Shown: positions 1-12,959, counted from the stretch's first letter. The stretch: DNA of 64,000 nt from Lama glama (GCA_028534125.1 CM052832.1:34224001-34288000); one strand, 5' to 3'. Notes: generated by a model not told the origin, from the sequence alone. Program-made: numbers and translations.

Positions 1-1760
1 TCTGTGTAACCCAGACCGCTGTCAACATGCAGGACGTTCCCATCAACCCCAAAAGTCCCATGATGCCTCTTCACCCCACCCCACATCCTCAGGGTCACTT
101 CTCGCTGTGGGACTGTCGTACGCTTTGGGTGAAGCCTTCTTGCTTTTAGCAAAATGCTTTTGGGTTCACGTTCACTGCTTTTGGCCATTGAATAGTCCAC
201 GGCGGGGGAGCCCTGCAGTCAGCGTGCCCATCCTCCAACAGATGGACACCGGCTGTTTCCCCTCTTGGCCATTGTAGACAGAGCCATTGTAAACACGCTT
301 TACAGATCTTTTGTAGAAATACTCTCTCATTTTTCTTGGGCGGATGCCTACCTGGAATGAATGAATCATAGGTAGATGTATGTTTAGTGTTTAAGAAACT
401 ACAAGATCTTTTCTCAAAGCAAGTATACCACTTTATACCTTCACTTCATTGCTTTAAATCCTCACCAGCGTTTAGCATTGTCAGTCCTTCTTCATTTTGT
501 GCCTTTCGGTGGGTTCAAGGTGGTGTCTCAGGGTAGCTTCTCTTTGCAGCTCCCTGACAACTGGGACGCTGAACGTTTCCCACTTGTATCCCTTCTTGTC
601 TGAAGTGCTGAAATCTCTACCTTGCTTTTCTTTCCTTTTTTTTTTTATTGAGTTTTAGGAGTTCTTTATATAACTGGAATGTGTGTTTTGCAACGTTTCT
701 CCCAGTCTGTGTCTTGTCTAATCATTTTCTTAACGGTATCTTTTCATGACCAGTGGTTTAAAATTTTGATAAAGTCAATCATTTTTAGTTTTTGGTTATT
801 GTTTTCCATATCTTCTCTGAAAAACCTTTGCTTATTCAAAGTCACAAAGATATCCCTATGTTCTCCTTTAAAAGCTTCAGGTTTTAGCTTTTATACTTTA
901 GTTAATGAGCCATCTCAAGTTAATTTTTGTACGTGGGGTAAAGTAAGGTGAGAGGGGAGGTGCCAACACCACACTCTCCCGGTGAACGTAGCTTCACGAT
1001 ATGCCTTGGAGTCAGACGGTATAAACCTGCAGCCGTGCTCTTTGCCAGGATTGCCTTGCTTCCTCCAGGTCTTTGGGATTTCTATAGAGATTTTAGAATC
1101 ACCATGTTAATGTCTATGAAAAAACCCTGCATTGACTCTGTAGCTGAATTTGGGCAGAACTGGCTTCTTAAAAGCATGGCGTTTCTCAGTCCATGAACAT
1201 GGTATGCTTCTTCCTCTATTTAGGTTTTCTTGAATTTTTTTTCTCAGTAATATTTTTATAGTTTTCTTTTGTTAAATTTGCTCCTAAGTATTACATGTCT
1301 TTAGTGCTATGACATTAAAAAATTTTTTCCCAATTGTTTGTGCTAATATTAAAAATATCATTGACTTTTGCATATTAATCTTGTATCCTGAGAACTTGTA
1401 AGTTTTAGTGGTTATTTTATATATTTTATAGGATTTTCTAAAATTATCATGTCATCTACAGAGAGACAGTTTTACGTATTCTTTTCTGGTCTTTATGTCT
1501 CTTTTCTCACCTTATTGCAATGATTAGGATTTCCAGTACAATTTTGAATAAAATGGTGAGGGCACCTGTGTCTTATTCTCCATCCTGGGGGGAAAGCAAA
1601 ACACTCACTCTTCCCCTTTAGGTTTTGCTTATAAATTCCTTTATCAGCCTGAGGATGTCCCTTCTGTACCCAGACAACTAAGAGGTTTTTTTTAAAATCA
1701 TTAATGGGTGTTACATTTTGGCAAATGCTTTTTGTGCATATATTTCAGTGACCACATACT
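1..1760 (-). mobile_element. Ancient LINE-1 (L1M-type) 3' UTR/ORF2 fragment, antisense
   Basis: T-rich tract with antisense L1 3'-end hallmarks, e.g. cagatggacaccggctgtttcc, ggtagatgtatgtttagtgtttaagaaactac, catgaacatggtatgcttctt, ttgtatcctgagaacttg. No intact ORF. Confidence 0.85.
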
Positions 1761-3084
1761 TTCAGTGGTTTTAGTTTTAGTTTGTCTGAACTTCTGGCCT
1801 TTGAAGATTCAAATCTGAATTGAAAAAAAGACTGAGATTTCAGGAAATTTCTAGGTATTTGAGTCTGAATTAAATAGGAGTAGACTGCAGAGAGTTCTTC
1901 AAAGAGGAGTTATCTGGTACTTGGTTGAATTCATGGCGTTTGATCTGTTTGTCTTCAGTCTGAAGAGCAATGCCACCTATTTTCAGGCCCACTGTCTTTC
2001 TTCTCAAGGCCCCCGGGCGGCCGTCCTAGTCTTTGAATGGCATTATGAGGAAGATTTTCATTCTCTAATAAACCAAGGTCCAGAATAAAACATGCCAGAC
2101 TTGTCTGAAAACCATGTTAGTAACTCAAATTGCAGACCACCGCCCCCAAATTCAGTCAGCAGTGGTTGCTCTACACGTCTGGTTTCTGCCTACTTCTTCT
2201 TTGCTCACCTCTGCAATATCAGTTAATAGTATTACTATTAGTATCTACAGCATTTTATTTCATGACAGCATTGCTGTTACTGGATTTTATAGCCTGGACC
2301 AGAAACAAAGTTTTATTTCATGACTTATTTTATGTAAGTAAGCAAGTCAGTTTGTTGATCAAGGGTGTTTCATCTCGTGATGACGGCAGAGCATTTGGGG
2401 ATTAACCACATGATGGGTGTAGAATTTAATGGCTGTGACAGATCTGAGGCATAATCTTTTCCATCTTTATGAATATATTTATATACTGTGTTTTACGTAA
2501 CTGCTGAGTAGTTAATATCTCTGGATTCTTAAAAAGCCTCCCATGTATTTCAAAGCATAAGAATTCATATATGCATACATTGTTCCTTCATTTTGGTTCT
2601 TTGATTTATTTTCGATAATAACCCACACTATAAATGCTTCAGGAGAATCTCTCTGACCAGCAGACAACGTACCAAGGGCCCACAGACCTCACTCTGCATA
2701 GCCACAGGTCAAAGCGTTTGGAATCCTTTCATTCTGTTGGAGGCTCTGACGAGGGCTTTTCTGTTTAGTAGGGGAATCTTTAGTTTCCTTTTGTCTTTCC
2801 CTGAAAAGACATGGCACCAAGAGGGTCTGTCTCCTTTCTTTAACTGGGAGAACACTCTTTGGTGTGGGATGAAGTCTGGCGTCGGATGAGCCTCTTGGGC
2901 GCCAGGACTGAAGCGTCTTGGCTGAAGGACTGCAGGGCACCAGGATGGGATGGCCTCTCTGTGTGGACAGCCTGAGGTCAGGGCTCTGGAATGCAGTACA
3001 GGGACCAGGCCGAAACCCTGTGGCAAGGACGTCGGCGATGTGTATGTGCACGTGCGTGTGTGACTGTCCGTGTTATTAGGTAAC

Positions 3085-3400
3085 CTGTTGGTTACTTACT
3101 GCTGAGTAAACAAATCACCCCAAACGTAGGAACTGGAGGTAACTTACTGCATCTCAGTGTCTGTGGGCTGGGAGTCCAGGGGTGCTCAGCCAGCGCTTCT
3201 AGCTCAGGTCTGTCATCACCCTGCCCTGGAGGCACCCGAGGGCTCAGCTGCGGGGGTGTCCTCTTCACGTGGCCGTGAGTGGACGTCTGTGCTCGGGCCT
3301 GCAGGCTGGGGTCGCAGTTCTTTGCCCTGAGGACGTCTCCAGAGGCGCCCGGGTATCTCCTGGATGGCAGCTGCTTCCCCCAGAGCCGGCGACTGAAGAC
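3085..3400 (-). mobile_element. MaLR LTR fragment (MLT1F/G-like)
   Basis: gttacttactgctgagtaaacaaatcaccccaaac...tctcagtgtctgtgggctgggagtccagg...gctcaggtc resembles the reverse-complemented MLT1 LTR end. Confidence 0.6.
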
Positions 3401-6400
3401 AGAGCGGACACTGAGTGTGGACCGCCCCTGCCGTGCGGGGCCGCCCTGGCGGCTCCAGCGCAGGGGGTTCCTGCTGGAGGACCGGGCGCGCTAGTCATCT
3501 TACCTAACACACAGGTGTTCCTCTGCCTCACTAGCTTTAAATAGCAGTTTCCTCCGCAGCCGCACAGCCGGCTGTAGTAAAGTTACCGTATCACAACTGG
3601 ATAATTACAGGTAGAATAATAACGGCTTATTATTTTTTGGAAAAATAAATCTCCTGTGTGACTCCTCGCTCTGAGGAGATAAACAGTTACGGATTACAGA
3701 CACAACCGTCCGACGGGTCCTCGAAGCGCCTGTGGGCAGGACCCGGCAGCCATTGTTGCTGGTCTCATTTAAACAGCAAGAAAAGCTGAAAGAGGAGCCG
3801 GTCGCCTGAATTTCCTGTCCGCGGGAGGGAGGAGACACGCACACCCCGTGTCGCTGGAGGCGGGCCCGTCACAACAGCAGGGCCAGGAGGACGCCCACTT
3901 GCCAGGTGAGCAGGTTGAGGCTCAGTGCCGTGCCCCAGGGCCATGGAGTTTGGAGGTCACGAGCAGGGCGGAGGCTCGCCTCAGGACGTCAGGCTCCAGA
4001 GCCCACCTCCTTCCCGGCACCACGGCTCCCCCAGCAGAGCCCTGGCCTGTCCTCCCGCAGCGGGGAGGGAGCGAGGCTCCATCTGTGGGGTCCGATGGTG
4101 GGTCTTCATGGTGTGATGCGGTCATGCGTTGGAAACGTGGATCAGAACTTCACGTCAGCTGTGGAATGGAAGTCCCGAGGCAACCAGGGTCCTCCTCCCC
4201 ACCAGACCCCCGTCATCTGGGGCCCCCACGCTCATACCTGGACTTGCTGGACCTTGGGGACTTGTGTAAGAAGAGGCGCGAAAGCCCAGAACTGGGGAGC
4301 AGGGGATGCTGGTGCCTCTCGTTCGACACACGCCCTAGGGTCTTCGGGACCCCCGTCCGTCCCTGACTCCCCTTAGCCCCACCTCCAGAGTGCCCGGGGC
4401 TGAAAGGACACACAACCCCAACAGGTGTGAGCCAGGGAGTGGAGGACCTTCATACCGTAGGTCCCAGACACATGCCGGGCTGAGCGCCAGGGACGTCGGG
4501 ACCCCCCGCTGCTGCAGGGTTGTGCCGTTAGAGGAGCCGTAGCTTTGTGGACGTTACTGACGTCACGAGGGGTGGTGAGGGGGTCGCTACCGCGATTAGG
4601 CTTCTCCTCTTGCATAATTCCTGATGGACTTTCCATAGTATTTATACCTTTTAAATGTGCCCTGATTTCCAGTTCATCACATACACAGTCATCTCCAAAA
4701 CGGTCCTGGTGGGGATGAGAGAGAAGGGAGAGGAGGTCGCTGGGAGGTGCTGGAACAATGCGGTCGTGCTGAGCTGACACTCCCTCTGTTTTTAGAGTCT
4801 GATCAGGAAAGCATGTTAGCAGGACAACAGAAGATGGAGCAAGCAAGAACGAGGCTCAGGATTGAAATAAAATAAAACTTAGATTGAGCGCAACACGCGC
4901 AGCCGCACCTAGTGGCTATCGTGCTGAGGATAGCCAAGCACAGGGACTGGCCCTGACGGGCGCACTGTACGGAGTGGAGGTGGTGGTCCTTCCCCCCAGT
5001 GCCCATGTCAGCAGCAGACAGAGCAGCTGGCCCCTGCAGCCTCCAGGCCCCCGACCGACACCGGCCCCCTTCCACCCTGTGCGGAGATGCTACTCCCCCC
5101 CCCCCCCGGCTTCTGTGCTGTCCTGCGCTCCCCCCGGCTCCCAGCTTCTCAAGCTCGTTGGACCTGCACAGCCTCCCTCTGGCCGAGGACCGTGGATGAC
5201 CAGAGCTGGCAGCACTGGCAAGAAGAGGGGAGAGGAGGGGGCACTTGGGGAGGGGGCACGGATGGGCCTGAGTGGCTGCGTCTGCTCCCACGCAGTGCAG
5301 GAGGGAGACGCGGAGCTGTGTGTGCTCAGGGGAAGGTGGGGGCACCCAGGGAAGGTCTGTTGGCACCTGTGGGAGGGGGCATGATGCCCTCTGGTGAGTT
5401 TCCAGGAACGGGGGGCATGAGCCCACCCTCCCGCCCCCACTCCCTCCGCCCTCTAGGTCAGAAACCCCATCTCTAGGCGGGCAGATGGGCCGCGTTCTCC
5501 TCCCGGGACTGCGTCCTGCTGGGACGTGTAGGGTGGTGTGGCTAGATGGACGCAAAGTTCATCCCTCAGCCGAGGTCACCCTGGAGAAGCAGTCCTGGGG
5601 CCGCTCTCCAAGGCTCCGTCCACTCCCTCCAGTCAGAGTTCTCAGCTGCAACAGAAGCCAACTTGGATAATTTTGGAAGAATAGGAATGTATTAAATATA
5701 AAGTGTGCCAGACTCTCTGGGAGGCCTGGACGGCCGGTCCCGGAGGTTGCAGCGCCGGGAAGCCCCTGCTGCATGTCACAGCCTGGGGGCAGAGTCCTGT
5801 GACTGCAGCCTGGTGCCTGCGGTGCTGACGTCACCGAGGCCGCCTCATAGGGGACACTAGATGCCACCTGTGCTGATCGGGGTGGCTCCTGCCTGTGCGT
5901 CAGCTGCAAGGGAGGTGGGGAGGCGACGGTCCGCTTCCACAGCGGGGACAGCCTTGTCCTCCCGTCACAGCCTTCGTGGCATCCCTCAACTGAGAAACTA
6001 AGCGAAGGTGGTGGCGGTGTAGCAAGAACGCCAAGTGCCCGCTCCCGCTCTGCCTCAAGTCCCCCCTTTCCTGCGTCCACTCGCCGGGGAGAGCATCGCT
6101 CCCGCAGCCTCGAGCCACCCTTCCCATTATCTTCACTCAAAATGAGCGAGTCCGCAGTCACTGTCAGATCGGACGGGGTTTGGAGGGGACGCAACTGTTG
6201 GTGGAAAGAACCAAAAAAAGAGAAATGGGGGGTGGGGTCCAAAGAAAATCCCGCCAGGCTCTACTGGCGTTGACTCATCTGTCTGTCTTGTGTGAAAGAC
6301 GCGTGGACTTTCGCTCTGTACTTACTCGCTCTGGGGCGAGAGCCGCCTCACTGACTATGGTAACCACGTGGCTGCTCTAGGGTGTGCCTGTCCCCGTGCG

Positions 6401-6974
6401 CAGCCCCGGGAGGGTCTTTGGAAAGTGCCTGAGTGATTCCTGCGTTTGCTCACCCCTTCCCTGAAGCCTTCCTGGATTTCTCCAAGCCCAGGGCCTCCTC
6501 TGGCCTTCGCTGTGTCGCAGTCAGCAGACCTCACTGCTTTCCAGTTATTCCCCCGTGGGTGCCTTGTTCCTTTCTCTGCAACAGCAGCAGCAGCGCTGCA
6601 CAGAGCAAGGAGGCCCCGGGCCCAGCGGGGCAGAAAGGGGGCTGTCTGGCCTCAGGTAGGCCTTCAGCAAAGACTTCGTGGAGGAGCAAATAGTTTCGGG
6701 GCAAAGAGAAGTCAGTTAGGCTGAGAGTCAGTCTCTCTGATCTTTGCTAACGGCCACCCTGCCCTCAAGAGAAAGGGCTTGGCTCCACGCACGCAGAGCC
6801 CGGGAGAGATTCCTGCCTCGATGCTCACTTCAAATGCGGGGGCTCTTTGAAAGCAAATATGTTTGTTTTGTATGTGTGTCCAGGACAGCATTTTAAAACA
6901 ATCGTCTATGAAACCTGCGGCAACTTCAGCCTCAGGACATCGTCGAGCCAAAGAGCTTCGTGAGGCTTTGGGAA

Positions 6975-7070
6975 GGATTAGCCGTGCATGTGAGTGGGGC
7001 CGGGCCCTGTGATTACTCCCGAAACCGTTCCTCGGTGGGTAATTAGGGGATTAGCCGTCCAATTTGAGCC
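6975..7070. promoter_or_regulatory. Candidate homeodomain (OTX/CRX/PITX-type) enhancer
   Basis: The 11-mer ggattagccgt occurs twice (6975, 7048), with TAATTA at 7040 between them. Confidence 0.35.
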
Positions 7071-7991
7071 AGTGTTCGGGCCTTTTACACACTGCACTGC
7101 ACTTACAGGCCTGGGAGTAGATCCATCTGTCCTCACATAACAGTCATCCTTAAAAGAGTCACTCAGCTAAGAGATTTACCACCAATAATTAGACTGAAAG
7201 CACCGCCGCTCAGACGAACAGCAGCAAAACGTAACGATCTTGCTGTCTGCAACATCACAGAGAATTTCAGCCCTTCTCAGAATTTCACAACCGTCCGTCA
7301 TTAGTCCCGCGCGGACCAGAGCTGCAGATCAAAGGCCTCGCGGACACAGACGGGTTTTATACACAGTCCGGGTCGTTCTTATGTAAGAAAATGGTGTGAC
7401 TAAGGGTTAATTGCAGAACTGCAAGGAGCAGCACCGTGAGCGAGACGGAGCCAGTGGGTGCCGAAGCGATGCTCTCGCAAGAACGAGCCTCCTGCTTCCT
7501 CGCGCGTGAGTCACGCACGTCAGGGCGACAGCTCTTTGCATCTGACTTGCCGTCGAGGTGCCGGGGTGGAGCTCGGCATTCGCTGCTTCCTTCACATGCA
7601 ACATTCACTCTGGAAATTGTGACACTCTTTACAATGACAAAAAAATGGAAAAACCCACTTTACTGATGCCACACCTCTGCGTGTACAGCCATCTTTTCCA
7701 GGTGAAGGGGCCGGGCTCCTGCGGGCCGCCCAGGCCTTCGAGAGCCTCTCTTGGGCTCTCTGGCCGTCTCTCGCACGGGCTCCACGTGTCTGCAGTCTCC
7801 TGCCTCCTGGCTGCGCCCACGGTTTCCCGCCTGGACTGCACGTCCCACCCGGTCTCACCTGTCCGCTGCTTGCCTGCTTTCTTTGCAAGGCCCCGTCTGG
7901 CACTGCCCCCTGGAGTTCCCTCCTGGGCAGAGGGGCTGAGACGTCCTTCAGTGCATCCCCCTCGTTTGCATAGACCTCTACCCCTAAGCTT

Positions 7992-8021
7992 TTATTACTA
8001 TTATTATTATTATTATTATAT
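7992..8021. repeat. (TAT)n microsatellite
   Basis: ttattactattattattattattattata; source of the poly-Tyr and poly-Asn runs in the ORF track. Confidence 0.95.
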
Positions 8022-8039
8022 TGGCAAACATTTGCCTGT

Positions 8040-8270
8040 GTCCTCAATCGCTGGGGGTGGGTTTGGGTGGGAGGTGGGGGATGTGGTGATTTTGTTCTCC
8101 AGAAGCATTTGGCTCTGTCTGGAGACGTTCTTGGTTGTCACAGCCTGGGGGTGGGGGCTACAGCACCAGAGGGTGGAGGTCAGAGACGCTGCAAAGCATC
8201 TTCCAGCACAGGCAGCCCCGCGACAAAGGGCTGTCTGCGCAGAGGCCGGCGGAGCCGAGGTTGAGAGGCC
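8040..8270 (+). mobile_element. MER20 (hAT-Charlie non-autonomous DNA transposon)
   Basis: catttggctctgtctggagacgttcttggttgtcacagcctgggg...gagacgctgcaaagcatc...gccgaggttgaga follows the MER20 consensus in order. Confidence 0.85.
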
Positions 8271-8913
8271 TGGTCCGCACGCGGGCCTCTCCTGCAGACT
8301 GAGCTCCTGGTCAGCACGGCCTGCTGGTCGGGAGTCCCTCAGATCTTTTTAGATGAATGAATGTCTTCCATGAATTTTGTCTCTTGTCCCAAGTCCGCGG
8401 CCAGAGCTGAATTCACCGCAGGTGCCAGCAAACACGGCCGAGGAGTTGTGTAAGCGGAGAGGTGCGTGGAGAGGCGCCCTCACTCTTGTCTGGTGACAGA
8501 CGCCCCCAGGGAACCCCTCGCCGTCCCTGGTCTCCGGCCGGGGGTCCTGCCGGCTCGGCCAGCTTCCTTCAGGGCAGCCCCAGCTTCAGGTGAAAAGGTA
8601 CCTTTTTCGTCCAGAGGTATTTTGCCCAGAAAACAGCTTCTCCCCCAGCCTCGCGGCTGCCCCGGGGCAGGAAATAGAAGAGTACACCGGGCTGCCGGGC
8701 AAAGAGAACCCGCCGAGCCCCACCCCTCCCCGACCCCGGCCGGCCGCCGCAGGGAATGGAGTGTTTGGAGAAGCCGCGCTCTGGGCTCATCTGGAAAGTA
8801 TGCGTCTTGAACGGAGATGAGGCCAAGGCTCCTGCCGGTGCCCACGGCTGTTGCCTGGAGGGCTTGGCCCCCCTTGAGGAAGTGGGGAGACTTGCGGCTG
8901 GAAATGTTCAGAA

Positions 8914-8930
8914 ACCCACCAGGTGGCTGG
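8914..8930 (+). promoter_or_regulatory. Candidate CTCF site
   Basis: ccaccaggtggctg is one mismatch from the CCASYAGRKGGCRS core. Confidence 0.35.
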
Positions 8931-10104
8931 AGGGTAGGGGCCAGGGCCAGCTCCGAGGCTGGGGTCTTCTCAGAGGGCTTCGGGCAGATTCCCCACCCAC
9001 GCGCCTCTCTGAAAAGCAGGTCATTAGCTGCGTCTCACAGCCGCTCCGTGGAAGAGTGGTTCCGAGGGCCGCCCACCCGACCAGCAGCTGAAGGCGCGAG
9101 GCGGGAAGGGGTGCGTTTGCTGAGCATCTAAGCTGCTAACGGCAGACTTTGCGGAGGCTGAGCTCGGCATCCGAAGTGTGATCACAAATGAAATGGGGTC
9201 GGGGGCGGGGAGGACTCCCCGGGGAGAAGCACAGAGGCCTGGCTTCTCCCTAAATGCGGGTCAGCCCCTCGAGTCCCTGACTCCAACAAAGCCCTCGGGA
9301 AACCTGCCCTGCGCGGCGCTGGGAGTGCTGCCCCCCGAAGATCCCGGCCGGGGCCCCGGTGTGAGGAGAGGAGGCCGCCTGCCCAGAGCCCGTCGGTGCT
9401 TGCCCTCGGCCACCCGCGCTTCGCAGGGAGCCTGTTTGTTCCAGATGTGGCCGTCAGTCTCCTCAGGGAGGTGGTGTTGATGTCTGCATGTGGCTTCTCG
9501 CTGGACACAGAAGCCAGGGTGGCAATTGCACGGGTACTTGGGGACCGGCGAGTCTTGGGGGAGCGAGTCGCCGGCAGCCGGAGGGTCGGCTGCACAAGCC
9601 CGGTGCTGTGGGGGCCCTCGGCCGCCTGTGCCCAGACATGGTCCGCCTGCTCCGCTCACCGTCACTGCCGCGTGTGGCCACGAGGCTCGCCGCTCCACGC
9701 AGACTCTGCCCGTAACCTGGGGGCCCCCGTTCCTCCTGGGAACGCCCGGGCAGGCTTTCCTGTGACCTGTACGGAGCTAGGTATTCATTTCTGTGGCTGT
9801 TTTGCATCCGGGGAGCCTTAGCTGTAAGTTCTGAATATGCTCTTGAGGCACACACTCAACTAACCATCTCTCCCCCTGTGTTTGGGGCCGGGGAGAATGT
9901 GGGACGAATTGTGGTTTCTCTAGGCTGTTTCTGGAGCAGGGCTGACACTGGCCCCCAGGGCGACGTGGTGTCTGTTCTCGGAGGAAGCTAATTCCTCCCG
10001 GGGGTGTGTTTTCTCTCTCCCGTGGCTCACTTAGGGACTTAATAGGGCAGAGAGGAGTGGCCCCAGGGTTGTGGGGGGCGGGTCAGAGGCTCCCCGCGGG
10101 AGTG

Positions 10105-10168
10105 CCTGTGCCCCCAGCAGGCGTCTGGCAACATCTGGAGACATTCTGGGCTGTCACAATCGGGGGCA
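10105..10168 (+). mobile_element. MER20 5' fragment
   Basis: gcccccagcaggcgtctggcaacatctggagacattctgggctgtcacaatcggggg. Confidence 0.6.
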
Positions 10169-10844
10169 CACGTGTGGCCCAGACCCTCGCTGGCTCAGAC
10201 CTGCCTGACTCTGACCTTCTGAGGTCTAATGCGGCCCTGGGCAGTGTTTGCGTGGGGGTTACGTGCCAGGAAGGACTTCACCAAGAAAACGGTCAGTGAA
10301 AACAGATCACAAGTGGCCTTTTCAAGCTACTTACAAGGATGGCTGTTCGAGAGACTTGAGAATAACGTTTCACACTGGAGCCCAGGGAGCCGAGGCCTGC
10401 CGGGGTTGTGGGGGTCCCGGGGAGACGGTTCCGGGGCCACGTGGACTCTGGGTGGTCAGCGTGTCCTGGGAAGTGCTGCGGCGTGCCGAGCGCTTGCCGT
10501 CTGACTGTGGGGACCCTGCCCGGTTTCCCTCGGACCTGGGGTGGGTGCTGCTCTGGGAGTGACTGTCAGCTTCACAGTAGTTTATGAAGTGGTCACAACT
10601 CTTCCCTGTTCAACAAAACTCCTTCACCGCGGAAACCATTAACGGAGCACGAGAGAACTGGCCTGCTTCAAGCTAATGCATTTTCCTGGGCATCGGAAGC
10701 AGCATCCGTGCCAAGCGAGTTATTACCCAACACGTCTCCCCTCCACCGCCCTTTCTTGGTCCCTCCTCACCTGTGTCCGGGGCTGCAAGGCCACTGACCA
10801 GGGGAGTCAGACTGAAAAGACTTTTCTCTTCTCTGCATTCATAG

Positions 10845-10862
10845 ATGTCAGAACTCTAGCAG
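10845..10862 (+). CDS. Candidate 18-nt microexon of unassigned + strand gene
   Basis: cttttctcttctctgcattcatag|ATGTCAGAACTCTAGCAG|gttaga: strong pyrimidine tract and GT donor. Confidence 0.3.
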
Positions 10863-12531
10863 GTTAGATCCAGCGTGATTGGCATATTACGCAGGCTTTC
10901 TTTTCTTTCTTCTTTGAGAACCATTTTCTGCACGACAGGCTCTTGTCAAACCCCAGCATTGGCTGATCACCGAACAGAAGCCGGTCTTCGGGCAATCGCC
11001 GGCCGGCACCATAGCAAGTTGTTTTATGGTTTTTCCAAAGCATTAAGGCAACGTGAACATAGTGGAGAAAGCCATTAATCCTTCCATTACTTGGTTTTAG
11101 GAAGAGGAGGGTCATTCTCGATGCTGGAAGTCACTGCCATTTGAGAGTCAAGCCCCAAGGAGGAGGGACTTGGGCGAAAGGAAGTGAGAAGCCTGGTTTG
11201 GGGGGCTCATGCGATGGTGATGTCTTGGATGCAGCGGCAGCCGGAGGTCTGCTGCTCCAGTCAGGTTGTTGGTGACAGAGTCTCGGCCCCTGCTTGTTGG
11301 AGCACCTGCTCGGTGACACCTGGAAAAGCAGCGGCCTGAGAGGGAGGGGGAGGCAGAGTGACGGCGCCCCGTCTGCCTCGAATCTTCCCTGGGGTCCCCC
11401 GAGCTGCCTGGTACGAGGCACAGTTTGGACACAAGTGGCACTGAGAAGTGTCCTGCTGAGGCTCTGCTGACCCCCACGGCCGGACTCCTCCTTAAAGTCC
11501 TGTGTGGTCATCCTCGTGCTCGGAATTCCAATCACGTGGAGCCCCCGTCCCGGGTCCCACCAGCCCGGGCCCCCAGGCCGCTGGGAGCCCGGGCTCTTCG
11601 CCTCCGCTGGTGGGGGCTGGCAGGGCAGGCAAGCTGACTCTCGCTCCCGTGAGCTCCCACCAGAAATCAAGAGCTTTGAAAATTATCAGTGTTTTTCCCA
11701 AACCCAAGGTTTATGATGATTGTTGTTGCTATTCTTACTTATTTTTTGCTATTAACAAAATCTACGCTGACCACAGGGGTCGCTCTCAGGAAAGGAAATA
11801 AAATTCTGTTGAAGGTAAAATAAGCGAGATTCTGGTCCAGGCCTTTCTACGATCGGAGGTGAAGGCACGTCCAGGCAGCTTGCTTCGCGGACGTGGGCCT
11901 CGGCTTGCCGACCGTGTACACGTTGCTGGAGGAGCGCTGGGTGGATGGTCCCTGAGTCTCCTGCTCGCACGCTGGTCCTGATTCTGCACGTGCTCTTCAG
12001 CGGAGGCTGCGCCCGCGAGTCTCGGTGCTCTTTATTTGTGCCGCGGGTGCTCACGTTTGGTCATGAGCTACACCATGAAATTTAGGACAGGCTGTGTCTT
12101 TGTAAAGAAAACACATTTAACGTTAGAACCTTTTGGAACAAGGTGGGTTTAAAAAGATGGCTGTATAAAGTTTTATTTCAAGTAGAACAAATTTAGGTGA
12201 TGATTACCCTTGACCCAGATTTCTGGGTTTTGCTAAGAATGTGGAACACACTTTTGCAGTTACGGGGTTGGATCTGAGTTTCCTGACTCCGTAGCAAGCT
12301 TCACAGAGGACGTTCGTGTAACTGGATCCGGGGCCGAGCCAAAGCAGCAAGCAAGCCGTTCTCTTCACCAGTCGTCATTGCTCCTCCAAGTTGCCTCTCG
12401 TTTCTTTTATACGGCTCATCAGCCGCTGGAACCACTTCAGGGCAGTGTTGCCGTTCCTCCCTTGGCACTGAAGCAGACTTACCGAGCTAATCCGTTACCC
12501 CTGCTTTTGAAATACAAGCACTGATTGGCAG

Positions 12532-12551
12532 GTTTATGCCAAACATCTTGC
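12532..12551 (+). CDS. Candidate small exon (alternative acceptor would start it at 12519)
   Basis: ggcag|GTTTATGCCAAACATCTTGC|gtgagt. The donor is consensus; the acceptor is ambiguous. Confidence 0.3.
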
Positions 12552-12843
12552 GTGAGTTTCTCCTGGAAGCTGTGGAGTCTAACCTGAAAAGGGAGGAGGA
12601 GGATCTCCTAGCGATGCAAGCGTATCGCGGCCCGAGGCTGCGCTTGGAGCCGCCGCCCGGTTACCGTGCGGTGCGTTTCTGTACTTGGACATCGACCCCA
12701 AAGATTCTGGTGTCTCAGGCTGACCGGGAAGCGCGCGGCCTTTCTCGGCCCCTGATGTAGACTGACGCGTAAAGGAAGCTTCTCCCGTTCCCCTCACTCG
12801 TCAAATGGCTCTGCTCTTTCTTTTCCTTCCCCTCCTCGGACAG

Positions 12844-12892
12844 GAGCGGTCGACCCAGTGGAGATCACTTCCCCCCACTTTTAAGGACTTGG
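12844..12892 (+). CDS. Candidate 49-nt exon (ERSTQWRSLPPTFKDL in one frame)
   Basis: ctgctctttcttttccttcccctcctcggacag|...GGACTTGG|gtaaag: very strong acceptor and a good donor. Confidence 0.4.
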
Positions 12893-12959
12893 GTAAAGAG
12901 CTCTCAGTCTAAAGAAGAACGTGTTTGCTCGGCCCGGTCCTGCCCGGGGGTCCTCCAGC

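Noticed and set aside
7558-8352. 264-aa ORF with poly-Tyr
   Set aside because: It runs through a (TAT)n repeat and a MER20 element.
11777-11814. Exon-like segment (GVALRKGNKILLK|gtaaaa)
   Set aside because: The acceptor is weak and ambiguous (11777 vs 11790). Including it shifts the chain into a frame that stops at 30597-30599, so it is left out, though not excluded.
12476-12505. 18-nt minus-strand exon-like segment (cag|GGGTAACGGATTAGCTCG|gtaagt)
   Set aside because: Poor pyrimidine tract. Recorded because it shows how easily pseudo-exons arise, which tempers the other exon calls.
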